Below, one piece after another: positions 37,170-49,479 of a DNA stretch of 64,000 nt (position 1 is its first letter; the number at the start of each line of letters is the position of its first letter). The stretch is taken from assembly GCF_036971445.1 (NCBI RefSeq), contig NC_091476.1, positions 15,128,001 through 15,192,000 on the forward strand, given 5' to 3'. Position numbers and translations under genes: made by a program. The notes under the pieces are model-generated. The model did not search any database, was not told the DNA's origin, and saw only the letters and a program-made list of their open reading frames with translations. Source of the DNA: Narcine bancroftii. Lineage: Eukaryota.

Positions 37170-37830
37170 CAGTAAAACCCCTGGTATACGGTATCTATGG
37201 AGATTTGTAGATTCTGGCTGTGTATTTTCCGGTTGCTTGAGATTTACAATGCCTAACTAGTGCACTTACATTAAAAATAAACAATTTAAAAGACAGAAAT
37301 ACTGACATTGAACAAACTTCACTTGCATAAATAGATAAACCATAAAGCATTTTACTTTATTTTCAGTCATATTCTTTGAAAACATTTAACCATCGCTGCA
37401 TCTGCAGGTTCCTCCCCCTCCTTGGAGCAGCCAAAAGATGAACAGTATAGAAAATTAATTGCCCCATATCCTCCCCCACCAAGCCTCTGACTGGGGCAAC
37501 ACTTACTAAGCAGGGATAAGGAGAAACGTTAAGAGAGTCACCCCAGCAGCAAGTGGCATCCTGGGCGACATCATTGCTATTTCACACTTTATTCAAACAG
37601 CTGCTACGAACAAAGCACAACCAAGACATTCCCTCTGCTGGCTGAATATTTACTCCCATCTTCACCACTGGTTTATGTGTTACTTCACAGAACATTTACT
37701 TTTACAATTTTAAAGTTACATATTTTTTACCTATTATTTTATTCTTATTTATTTTAATTTTTAAAATTTATTTTCCTCATTTTTTTTGCTGTTTGCTTGA
37801 ATTCTGGTCTGGATCCCAGAGGTTCTACTG
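37170..37830 (+). mobile_element. Tigger/pogo-like MITE (~660 bp)
   Basis: TA|CAGTAAAACCCCTGGTAT ... ATCCCAGAGGTTCTACTG|TA: imperfect TIRs and TA TSD. Confidence 0.8.
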
Positions 37831-40039
37831 TATATAAAACAGACAAGTGTTGAAAACCATCATGTCACAAAAGATGTGAAAAGACCATGTTTTGGGATGC
37901 AGAGATAATCTTTTTTTCCGCTTGGTCAGTTCCAAAAGGGCTCTGCAATGTTCCACAGAGCACATCAAGATTTGTGCTGCACAACTTGATATCATGAGAG
38001 AAAAACCTTCACACTCACTGCATGGTTAGATGGGAAAGGACAAAAATAAGAAGAGGCAACTTTGGTTCCCTGCTTGTGTCTGAATTTATATAAAGTAACA
38101 CAAACAGTTGTTGCCACAGACCTAATTCTCCAGTCAGCACCAATCCCCCACCTTCACATCCATCTGTTACTTTCACCGCATCTGTTTGATCACAGTCCAA
38201 TAAATGGGACACTTAATTAACAAAATCATTCCATTTTTCACATTTAGGTCAAGTAATGATCCTTGCTCATTCCCTTAATGTATGTTTAGCATATGTCCTG
38301 CCTCCACGCTCTACTTAATTCTTCATCAATGGCTCCACATGGTTGGAAGAAGGTTTATAACTTGCCTTGGAATAGCCTGAGATTGCTGGGGTCATGATCT
38401 TGAGCAGCTGACTGAGCTTCCATTGCACCACAACCATGCATGTCAGCTGCTGCTTATCCTGCATTGGAATGAGCCACTGAGCCTCGTGCACAAGTGTGAT
38501 CACCAATTTCGGCTAGAAATAGGGAACAAGCTGAGTGAAAGGCTCTGCAAAATGTGCTGTTGCACTCTGCTTTTCTTGAGATTGAACACTAGGTGTGTGA
38601 CAGGCATCCAATGCATCAAGTTTTTGGTTTGTGTTGAATTGGCTCAATTTGCTCCCCGAAGCCCTCACTGAGAGAGCTCAAATGCAATATCTATTGGCAA
38701 ACTAACATCTGGATCGTTTTTGCCACTTCTCCATGCTACACACGAAGTGCACACAGGTGTTTCACAGAATAATAGAAACATTTCAGTCCACCTTATCCAT
38801 GCCGACATCATGCCTATCTCTGCCCACATTAAGACTATTTCATTCCAAATCAGATTCTGCCTCAAAGATATATTATTTTATGCAGTATGTCTCTACAATA
38901 GAACATTTTAATGGAATGATGATGCAGCTTCATAATTATTATCCACTTGTTGTACATGCAGGTAACTAGACCAGTGGCAAATGTCATTGACAACTAACTT
39001 GATAATGCCAGCACTTGATAATGGCAGCACTTCTCCTATCTCCTTCCATGAGTTTAAAAATGCTTGTCCCCCAGAGTTAGCTCCTTCTGTCTTTAGCTGT
39101 ATAGGGGAGTGTTCTTCAATCTTTATGGACAAAGACTTTTCATTGTTGAAAAGCAAATTGTGAGAGTATAGCTATGAGGTTTGAAGCTTCCCTGCATGAG
39201 AGAATGAGGTGAACGTTAGAGATACTGTAAGTCCTAATTAATAGTGGTTGTTGATAGATGCAGTTCATTTAAAGAGGAAAATGTAAAATATGGACTTCAT
39301 ATGATTGATACAAAGAATGCACAGGTTTGACACCTGGTGATAACCACTTGTCTACCATCTCCTGACTTCTGTGGATAAATAATATCTGACACCTAAGGGA
39401 CATTGTCTGAAAATCTTGTACTCTCTCCCATGTTGTGCCAATCTGCAACACTTTCTAGGTCAGGTGCACTTTCCATATGACTACCAGCACAAATTCCATC
39501 TGCTCTTCTTTTAAAGAGCAGTTTCAGATGAACATTGGCCACTCTTGCCAATCAATTGCATAGATGGGCTGGATATCCCAGAGTGAACAGGTTGAATGAC
39601 ATTAAGTGCTACCTCGTTTGCAATGAATGGATATGTATTACTCATGCTTTGCAATCCCCAGCTTGATTTTGTGGCAGTCAAATATAGCCTCTCTCATGGT
39701 AACTAGATTTGTGGACAAGATTGTGTGTAATAGATTTCTTGTTCAATTTTGGTATACAATAAAGACTGTTAGCGTTTTGCTTTCTGATGAAACCTGTGGT
39801 CGGTCAAAATACATTGCAAAATTAACAGAAAAACCTTCAATGACTTCCACCTTTTGGTGGATTTGCGTGAAACTTATTTCTTTTTTACCCTATTTAAATG
39901 ATATTTTACATGTCACTTTAAAGAGCCACAAGGGATATCTCTCTTCATCGGTCACCGTGACAATTATTCTCTAATTCTGATCACCTGGGAGACAAAAATA
40001 AAATCAGGGGTAATAGTTGTGGCTAATGAGGATGGAGAT

Positions 40040-40265
40040 GGGCTTTTCCCAGAGAGTAGTGAATCTGTGGGAAGAAGTAGAGGCTGCCTCATTGAATTTA
40101 TTTAAGACCGTTAGATAGATTTTTGCATACTTGGGGAATTGAGGGTTATGCAAAAAAAGGAGAAAGGTGGAGCTGGGTCAATGACCAGATCAGCCATTAT
40201 GTTATTGAATGGCAGAGCAGGTTGAACAGGCTGGATAATCTCCTCTTGCTCCTATTTCTTAAGTT
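40040..40265 (+). mobile_element. CR1 3' end fragment
   Basis: cagagagtagtgaatctgtgg...gatcagccat...gaatggcagagcagg...ctcttgctcctatttctt. Confidence 0.7.
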
Positions 40266-41247
40266 TGGAAAACCCAATGACTGTTTAAGTTGCACTGTCT
40301 ATCATTTGTGGATGTAGAGTCCAGCCAATGCTGGCCATGCTATTGAATTGGGTACATCAGCAAGTAGCCGACACTAGTGGCTAATACCAGTAAAGCCAAC
40401 AAGCATCTGCAAAACATGCTCAACGTATGTCAAGATTTTCAGGAAGAGTCAAAGACCATTGATATTTTTTGGCAAGGAATTTTTATCTGTTACTGTTGCA
40501 TTGGGGTGACTCATGAATGAAAATCACTTTTCAAAATGTGAATTTTATGCAAATATAAAACATTAACTTCCATTCCCTTGGAGCAGCGTATAAACATCAA
40601 ACTGTCACACATAGCCATGGCGACAGATCCACTTTGCACAATCTCCTGTTTATGTTCCTTTTCAGTTAAGAACATTTGGTCTTTCCAAGTCATGTGATAT
40701 GAGACTTTGTTGCACCTGGAACAGGATGACTTCTTGTTGATCTTTATGTAACAAAAGATTAGAGATGGACTCTGAGCTGCCAAGATTTTAAAGAATCAAA
40801 AGAATTTTCATTTTATTATTTTTATTAAATTAGAAAGAATATTTATTTGATCTAATGCATTGACTCTGGCTACCTACCCAAGGCAGGAGTCCTTAACTCA
40901 TTCTTACCTGTATCAAAAATAATTTATATTATCTGCTGTGTGGTTTGAAGGCCTCAAGATTTAAGTTCTTTAAATAGAAAAGCCATTCTGCCTCAGGTGT
41001 GCCTTTTGTCTTGGGCACTATTTACATGGGAAAGACTCAAAGAAATAATATCAAAGAAACAAATTTCACATTGTAGGTATTGTAGCATGAGGACAAGGTC
41101 AGTGTTAGAGATGTGAATTGTTCAACACGACCCACATCTAAATTGTCACTGAAAATGTATTTGGACTCTGGACTAAATGTATTCTTTCCTTTAATGTCTT
41201 TAGATTGTTTTTATACTCACTTCAACAAAGATGGGCTAATTGACAAG

Positions 41248-41560
41248 TAAAACACAGAAGTCTGCAAATACAGTGGTTGAAGTAAAAACACAATATTGGA
41301 GAAACTCAGCAGGTCAAACAGTGTCCTTTATTTAACAAAGATAAAGATACATAACCGATGGTTCGGGCTTGAGCCCTTCATCAAAGTATGGGAAAATGTC
41401 AGCAGGTGCCTGAACAAAAGGATGCCTGCCGACATTTTTCCATACTTTGATGAAGGGCTCAAGCCCAAAATGTTGGTTATGTTTCTTTATCTTTGCAATA
41501 TAAAGTATACTGTTCGACTTGCTGATTTCTCCAATGTCTCCAACATTGATGTTTTACTGG
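41248..41560. mobile_element. Penelope-derived palindromic (foldback) element
   Basis: Inverted arms of ~130 bp centred near 41415. Each arm has TTTGATGAAGGGCTCAAGCCC followed by a GAAA-like motif. Confidence 0.8.
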
Positions 41561-41757
41561 ACTAACTGACAATTTCCTTCTGATAAATTGCTTTGATGTG
41601 ATATAGGTATTGATTTTAAGTGGTGAAGGAGCAAAGTCATCTAAAATACTCTTAAACAATGATGTGGTATCTGTGTGAGGAGTTATTGAATATCTGGACT
41701 TCTTTCTGCTTTTGCAAAACTATAAACTAGTGTGACAGAAGCTTTATAAGGCTACAC

Positions 41758-44371
41758 CCTAGATTCTCAAGGTGGGGCGTGAGAATATATTGGTGGGGCG
41801 TGGGACTTAAGAATATTTTAGTGAGGCGTAGGAATATTTTGGGAAATAATTAAAAAGTTGGTTTGAAAATATAAACTTGTTATGTTAATGTGAAAGATGT
41901 GACTTAGCAACTCTGTCAGTTAAACACAATTGTGGAAACTTCCAAGTAAAATCACTTTGTTCTTTTCATTTTCAGAACATGTTTTTGTTTTTCCGATGTT
42001 TCTTTTATTTTGAAAGTTATGATCCTTGGTTAACATTATTTTTTATGATTGGTTTTATTATCATCTATTCCAAATTATCTCATTGGCGACGAGGATTCCA
42101 AATGATCTCAACAATCATGTTTCTAATCGTACCCCTTTACCTTTTCAGTTCAGTAGTTAGTGAGACCTTGATCTGTTTTTTATCTTTGTGCATTATTGTA
42201 TTGATGGTTGGGGGTGGGGAGGGGTCTTCCTCAGGCGCCAACCTGAGAAGGATGCCAAAAAACAGAAAAAAATAGGGTCTCCAGAAAGTAAAGCAGGTGG
42301 CTAATGCAGTTTTGATACACTCTCAGCAAGAAAAAAATGTCAGAAATTATGTTTAGTGCTTTTTTTTCTTTTTTTAGGTCAGTTTTCTTCCTTTGATTTG
42401 ATCATTATTTTTATTACCTTTTTCATTTCTAAGACATAATAAAATATTGATTAATCTGTTTCGGGGAGCTCACACTGTTGTATATTCAAAATGAGCAAGC
42501 CAAGCAAGCAAAAGGTTTGTCAATATTCAGTGGAGTTCTTGAAGTTTGGGTTTCTACCTGCTGTACACAATGAACGTGCATCATTTTGCCTATTATGCCA
42601 ACAGTTTGACAAATGAATCAATGAAATCAGGCCGTCTTGAAGCTCATTTGAGGGTAAAACATTCCAATCATGTCAATTCGAAATAAGAATATTTTAGATC
42701 ACTGAAAGAGAAGTTTAAATGTAGATCAAAAATCACTTCATTATTCGCTGCGCAAACTCCAGCCCTGAACCCTTGAAATTTCTCTGCTGAGAGCAAAACA
42801 TGGGAAGAATCATATGATTGGGAAGAACTGATTAAACCTGCAATATCAATGTTTTTCAAGAGTTCTGCAAAAGAATGACAAAGATGTCCGAGCAATGCCA
42901 TTGAGTAATAATACTGTCTGCAACAGAATAGATGACATGGGTCAAAATGTTGAAAAATAGCTTATTGGGAAGTTGAAATCATGAAAGTTCTCAATTACAA
43001 CTGGATGAATCTACTGTACGGGACAGTGAAGCTCTTATTGGCATATGTGAGATATATTGATCAGGAAGAGTTTCAAAAAGAGATGTTGTTTTGTGAATCC
43101 TTAGAAACAACCACTACTACAGTTGATATCTACAGCAAGATCAAAAATTATTTGGATTAAAAAAAACAGGATGCTTAAAATTAATGAAGGATGAAAATCC
43201 AAACATGTTGGTGGTACATTGTGTTATCCACCAAGAAAACTTAGTTCTACATGAGATACTGCATTCTGTGATCAAGTGTATTAAGGCCATCAAAGCTAAT
43301 CCCAAATGTGAACATCTGTTTAAGCAGTTTTATGTTGATTAAAAATGCAGAAAATGTGAAATTATTGTTTCACACTGAAGTAAAGTAGTTGTCAACGGGA
43401 AACTTTTTTATTGAATGCTTTGATCTCCTCAGCGAGTTTTAGAAGGTCAAACCTGAATTGAAGCTCTTGCTAACAACAGATGGCAAAACTTATGCAAGTT
43501 ACTTGATGGACATTTTTTAGAAACTAAGTACATTGAACAAGCAACTCCAAGTAGCAAATATGATGCTGGTTGATGTAAAAACAAAGATATTTGGGTTCAT
43601 GACACTTCTAGAATTGTGCCAAAGGAATATTTTGACAAGAAATTTCAGTCAATTCCATTGGTTGAATAAGTGCGAGGTAACTAACGCTGCTACAAACGTC
43701 ATTGTTGACCATTTGAAAATGTTGGTTACCGACTTCAATGATAGATGTTGTGATTTAACTGCAATGGATTTGCCCTCTTGGTTAACTCAGCCTTTGCTGG
43801 TGGACTTATCTGAAGTTCCAGTGCAATACCAAGAGGAGATACCTGAGTTGCAGCTATGATGAATCTGTGAAAACTCTGTTCAAAGTGAAGGGAACCATGA
43901 TGTGGCTGTCTAACAAGATCAAAAAGAAATACCCAGACTCAACTACTTTAGCAAAAGAACTATTGATACATTTTGCATCGTCTTATTTAGTAGAATGTGG
44001 CTTCAGTGCTGTTAATGATTTACTACAAGCTAAGAGAAACCGACTGGAAATTACAAAACATGGAGATTTAAGGTTGAAACTAACAAATTTAATCCCTCAA
44101 ATCAAAAAATCTGCAGCCAGCATCAGGGGCAAGGTGATGACAATTGTTGAATGTGTGTTTGGGATGGTTGACATATTGAAGTAGGAGTTGAATATGAAAT
44201 AGGTTGTTCCAGTGTATTCCCAACCGAATGTTGCATTGAAATACACTTGCAGAAAATTATTTAATTAAAACTTATTTTGAATATGTAACATTTTTCCGCT
44301 AATGGTGGGGCATACATTTTTTTTTGAAAAATTCAAGTGGGGCCTAGGGGAAAAAATGTGGAGAGCCACTG
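41758..44371 (+). mobile_element. Full-length but decayed hAT (Buster/Charlie) DNA transposon with transposase pseudogene (~42491-44140)
   Basis: 8-bp TSD GGCTACAC/GGCTACAG with central TA. Degenerate CAG..TCTC TIRs. N-terminal QYSVEFLKFGF..CLLC..NESMK..L..HL..KH (BED-like). QLDEST, VVHCVIHQENL and C-terminal FASSYLVECGFSAV..KRNRL..DLRLKLT. Many stops and frameshifts. Confidence 0.92.
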
Positions 44372-46006
44372 GGCTACAGGAATTTTAAAGTTTTCATTCA
44401 AATCATGGGAACACAAATAGCAAACTGACATGACAGGACAATGAATGAGTTGAACTTAATTAAATGTAATTAAAGGTCTGGGTGCTTCATTCCTTTAAAG
44501 AGAAATGCAAGCGATACAGTAGATGTGTTAGTTGGGGCTGCCAGCAAATTATTGCTCCCATGAGGCACTTGCAGTGATTAAAACAATAGTTATATTACAG
44601 TTAAATCATCTTGAGTGGGACTGAGTGATAATCTTAAGGTTTTCAGTTCTAATGCATTTTGTAGCACTGAGTTCAGTTCAATTTCATGGTTACGTTATGT
44701 AAAATAGATTGCTAATTTTTTTGCATTCTCGGAGAAAACAGAAAAGCAAAACAAAAAGGAAACACTCTGAATCTGATGATATAGTAGGATATTCATTTTT
44801 GAATTTTGCTGGATGGAAGTTCTAATGCTGTTAACAATAAAATGTGTGTGAAATTTCTGGAGAGAGATGTATATTATACTGGTGGTGATGGATCCATTGA
44901 TGCCTTTAGAAAGGGAAGATAGAAGGTAGAAAGAAAGACTAAACTGCATCTACAAAGCCCAGGTGCAAGATCCTTTAACGATTTATCAACTCTTCTGTTA
45001 CCTTGCACAATAATTGTATTAAGTGATTTCTGAGAGCTTTTGTAGGAATTACAATGTGAGAAGTAGGGGAGCAAATAATTTCCAAGTGCTACCCAAAATG
45101 CATGTGATGCCTGCCTCCAAGCTTTCCACAAAATGAAATTGTGACCTACCTGACTTACTCCACCAAATTTAGCCAGGCTGAGGAAATGTCTTTGAGCATC
45201 TTCTAGTCTTGCACAACCATGAATTGACCTGTCATAAATTATCAATTTAACATGTTTTTCTAGTACCTAATTACTATCTAGAAGAACACATTTACATTTT
45301 ACAGGAAATGCTAGAGGAAAGCTTTACCAATATTTTTTAACCACATCATTTGTCACCAGAACCTCATAAATTAAAATAAATGTTATTATAGGAGTATATA
45401 TAAATACAAATAATGTAAATTGAGAATTGGGAACTCCATTAAACTTAAGCAAATGAACAAATAAGCATTGGACAGACAACTGAATGTCTGCCTTTAGTTG
45501 TGAAATTGAAAAGCAAGGCAGGAGATTACCCAATCTTTTGTTGCTTTTGTTTCTTTAAAAGTTTGAACATTGTCATCTGATTCTGGGTCAGCAACTTTTT
45601 TTTAAACTTCCTTTTTGTGTATTTTTTATAAATATAATCAACTTCCTGTTGTGCGAAATTGTTAACCAGAAAAAAAAACCTCTGCTTTCCCAGGTCCTTA
45701 CTGTGAATATATAAAGGACGGTTGTGTTTCCTTTTAAAAGCATGATTTTAGCAATGAGATGTATTGAGTGCCTACTTGTCATATTTGACATGGGAGATTA
45801 AACTCTGTCACCTGACAATAGTCTCATTCTCAAAGGATCAGCAATGACTGTGTTAATAATAGAACAGGAACCAGAAAAGCTGCTGACCATCTTAGTCTAT
45901 CAGACGCACACAGCAGACTGCTCTTAAGTGCTGTTATTTTAAGTGGACAGAATTACATAAAGTTCACAAGCCTGATAGCAACTGTACAATTTTCTCTAAA
46001 CTTAAT

Positions 46007-46250
46007 TGGCAGCACAGTTGACGAAGTGATTAGCATAACACTCTTAGAGTGCCAGCAACCCGGGTTCGAATCTGACACTGTAAGGAGTTTGTACATTTTC
46101 CCCATGTCTGATGGGTTTGCTTCGCATGTTCTGGTTTCTTGCCACCCTTCAAAAATGTGCAGTGGTTTTAAGTTAATTGGGTTGTTTGGCAACACAGGCT
46201 CATGGGTCAGAAGGGCCTGTTACTGTCCTGTGTGACTAAATTTTTAAAAA
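46007..46250 (+). mobile_element. V-SINE-like SINE
   Basis: ggcagcacagttg...gggttcgaatc...gtaaggagtttgtacatttt...gaagggcctgttac. Confidence 0.8.
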
Positions 46251-48759
46251 AAGACACAGGAGGATGACAGTATGAATGCTGTGTGTTAATGTATTGCACT
46301 TAATTCATTGTTGTTTTAATACAAACTGAATAAAAAGAGCTTTAGATAACACACTTAAAAGAAAACGTGCATGAAAGCTAGAAAGACAGGAATGCCCTAA
46401 TTTTGAACCCTCATGAGTATCCAAAGCAAAGAATGGAAAAAAAAATAGCCAGGGCTAGGAGCTTGCACAAAGCGACAGAGTGGCAAGACCATGTCACCAA
46501 GGAGAATTTATAGTGGCTAATTAACCTACCAGCGTGCATGTGTTTGGGGGATGGAAAGGAACCAGAGCATCACAATATAGATAGCACATAGGTCAGGATC
46601 AACTCCAGTCCCTTGAGCTATCACTGTGCGGTTGTGTAAACACATGGGTAAGCACTTGCATGTACAATTTATGATGTGGGCATAAATCACAAAAAGAGTC
46701 AAATTTGACATTTTGCACAAATCCATAGGCTGGGTTGTAATGTCTTTAGTTACTTGAGTCCATCCCTTCTCCCCATGCCTTTGTCTGGAAAATGCTGTTC
46801 TGTGCGCATTGAACAAGACCGGTCTTTTCTCAAGGTGCAGTGCCCTCCAATGTCATGTCCTCTACAGTACTTGTATTCAACATCCAGATCTACATTTTGT
46901 GTCATTATTCTCTCATCTCATGTCCATCCATAATTGTTCTCGAGACTAATTCACGAGCTAACCTTTTGAACCACTGCATGTGAAGGCTTCACTGGTAGGG
47001 AGAAAATAAATTTCCAGAAGCCAGCCTGCACATAAAGTAGATGTTCGTTAAGCCTGATGATTTTATGCATCCCTGAAATTGCATTCCAACATTGGTCTTG
47101 ATCAATCAAAGAAGGTTGAATAAATATATAAGTAGATGTGGGTTTCCACCAGGTGCACCAGTTTCCTCGCACTGTTCAAAATGTACCAGGGGATGGAGGT
47201 TAATTGGCTGGTGGGGCAAAAAAATATTTTGCAATACCTGCCCAAAAATCAATCACTGGTATAATTGTGTGCCTTCTTCCTATAAGGAAATAATTCAATT
47301 TATAAGATATGTACATTCCTGATACATGTCGCTTATTAACAGACATGGCTATAATCATAGAGTACAGTTGTACTTTAACCATTATAATAAGAAATAAAGG
47401 ACCATCCTCACCTCCATTCCCTAAAACTCATAGACAATAGAAAGCTCCTTAAAGCTTCTTAAAGCTCAGCTTTAAGAAGGTCAAACTCACTGGTTTCAAA
47501 TGTTCATAAATGGAGCTGTATTTCAGTTGTTAACAGTTTATAAAATGAAGAATCCCATTTACAATCTCATGGGACTCTTGTCAGCTCCTGGAATCAATCC
47601 CAGAGATGCCACAAGGTAAATAATAAATGTGACCATTGGATGCTAAAAATATGGCATAATTTGCTCTCGACAGTATTAGCTGGGTGTTTTCAAACACTGA
47701 TGGAAATTGGAACTAATTCTATCTGTTACTCAGGCACAAAATTGAGCTGATTTCATCATGCTATCTCACACCCTAAAATGCATCTCACCATATTGGGTAA
47801 ATAAAATATAACAACTATTTTGGGACCCACCCTACCCTAAACTGGATGTCACCGAGCGACCATGTGCCACGTCCAGCTGTTCTGTCAGCAGTCCCTGTAA
47901 GTTGCTGGTGCCAGCAAACAAAATAAATAACTTGATCATTTTAAATTTAGACAAGAAGCCAGAATATTCCTCCCAGTTCATGGCCATGGTGAGCAGCTAG
48001 GATGCAAGAACACCCCAACCCTGCACATTGACACCTTCCATAACCTGAGCCTATGAACCAACAAGAAATTTGACTATAACTTATCCTCCTGAAATGTCGA
48101 CATCCCCTCAATCTAGCAACTCAATAAGCATAAGCATCTTGCCCAAGTTATTTGGGCATTAGAACGAGGTCCAATTGAGGATGAACCAGTTAGGCATCAT
48201 CTGTCTGTGTTAAGTTGGTTATGTGCACAAAAACATCCCATCACCAATTTAATACCCTCTCACTTGGCATTACAAAGTCACAAAACATTAGTTTATTACT
48301 AGCTTTGGCTCCAAGCAAAGATCTTGACCTCTGATGGGGTATGAAGGCCCTCTAAAGCTTTACACAAGTAGCAATTTAACTAGTCATTGTTACCAGGATA
48401 ATATTGGATAATTTGAAGCTCACATTTCTTAAGAAGAAAAATATGAAAACCCTTAAGATCTTTCAGGATACAAGCTCAGAAACACTTCATAGGCAAATTT
48501 CATTTAAACATGCATTGATGGCCGTCGGTTGTTACATTTTAAGTTGAAAATAGATAGCTTTTTTTAAAAATATATTGTCATCGTTAAAGATAGCACAACA
48601 GTAACAGCAGAGTTAAGTCACATTAGGACACATATTCTCATTGAATGGAGAAATAAACAACAAGCTGAGTATTTGTGGCATTTGAAATTTGGCACTATTC
48701 TGGTTGAGATTAATTCTCTGCTTACTAGATAGCTGGACATTGTTTTCCTCACCTACCAC

Positions 48760-49470
48760 CACCCTTATCCATTATTCTTCACATTTCAGCCACAAAGAGA
48801 TCCCACCAACCAACACTTCTTCCCCTGCAATCCTCTCCCTGCTTTCCACAAGGCTTGCTCCTTCTGTAGCTCCCTCATCCCCAGTACCTGCCCCGGTTAC
48901 CGCAGGAAGTGCCACACTTTCACTTACACCTCCATCAGCCCTAATTAGTCTTTCCAAGTGAATCAACACTTTACTTGTGAATCTGTATGGGCCATCTGGT
49001 GCACCCAATGCAGATATCAGGGAGACTGGACACAGAATGGGAGATTGTTTCCTTGAGAACCATCACTCTATCTGCTGTAACAGTGAGGACTTCCCAGGGC
49101 CAACAATTTCCACACATCGTTGCCACACTGACAAGTCTGGCCATGACCACCATATCAAGGCCACCTGCAAGTTGTAGGAACAACACATTGTATTCTGTCT
49201 GTACAGTCTCCAACCAGATGACATCAATATCAATTTCTGTTAATCCTCCCCCGGTTTATCCTTTTCCCTATCTCTTTGTCTTCCGACCTCCAGCTCCCCA
49301 CCCATTTCCCTCACCTCCTATCAGAGAGCAATCATTCTTTGTCTCACCTATCACCTCTACTTTCTCTTCTACCTACCCTCCTACCTGTATCCATGTATTA
49401 CCCATTAGCTTATACACCTCCCCCTTCCCTTTCCCCTTCCTCTCTCCTCTCCACCTCCCAACAACTTTTT
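48760..49470 (+). mobile_element. Penelope-like element, degenerate GIY-YIG endonuclease region (3' end resumes at ~51520-51630)
   Basis: FQVNQHFTCES..IWCTQC..ETGHRMGDCF...ATCKL.EQHIVFCL.SLQPDDININF, followed by a pyrimidine-rich UTR. Confidence 0.8.
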
Positions 49471-49479
49471 ATTCAAGTA

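Noticed and set aside
38230-39720. Possible old LINE on the minus strand
   Set aside because: Looks TE-like, but I could not read diagnostic motifs with enough confidence to list it.
42491-44184. Domesticated ZBED/SCAND3-like host gene
   Set aside because: Multiple stops and frameshifts, with TIRs and TSD still present: a dead transposon.
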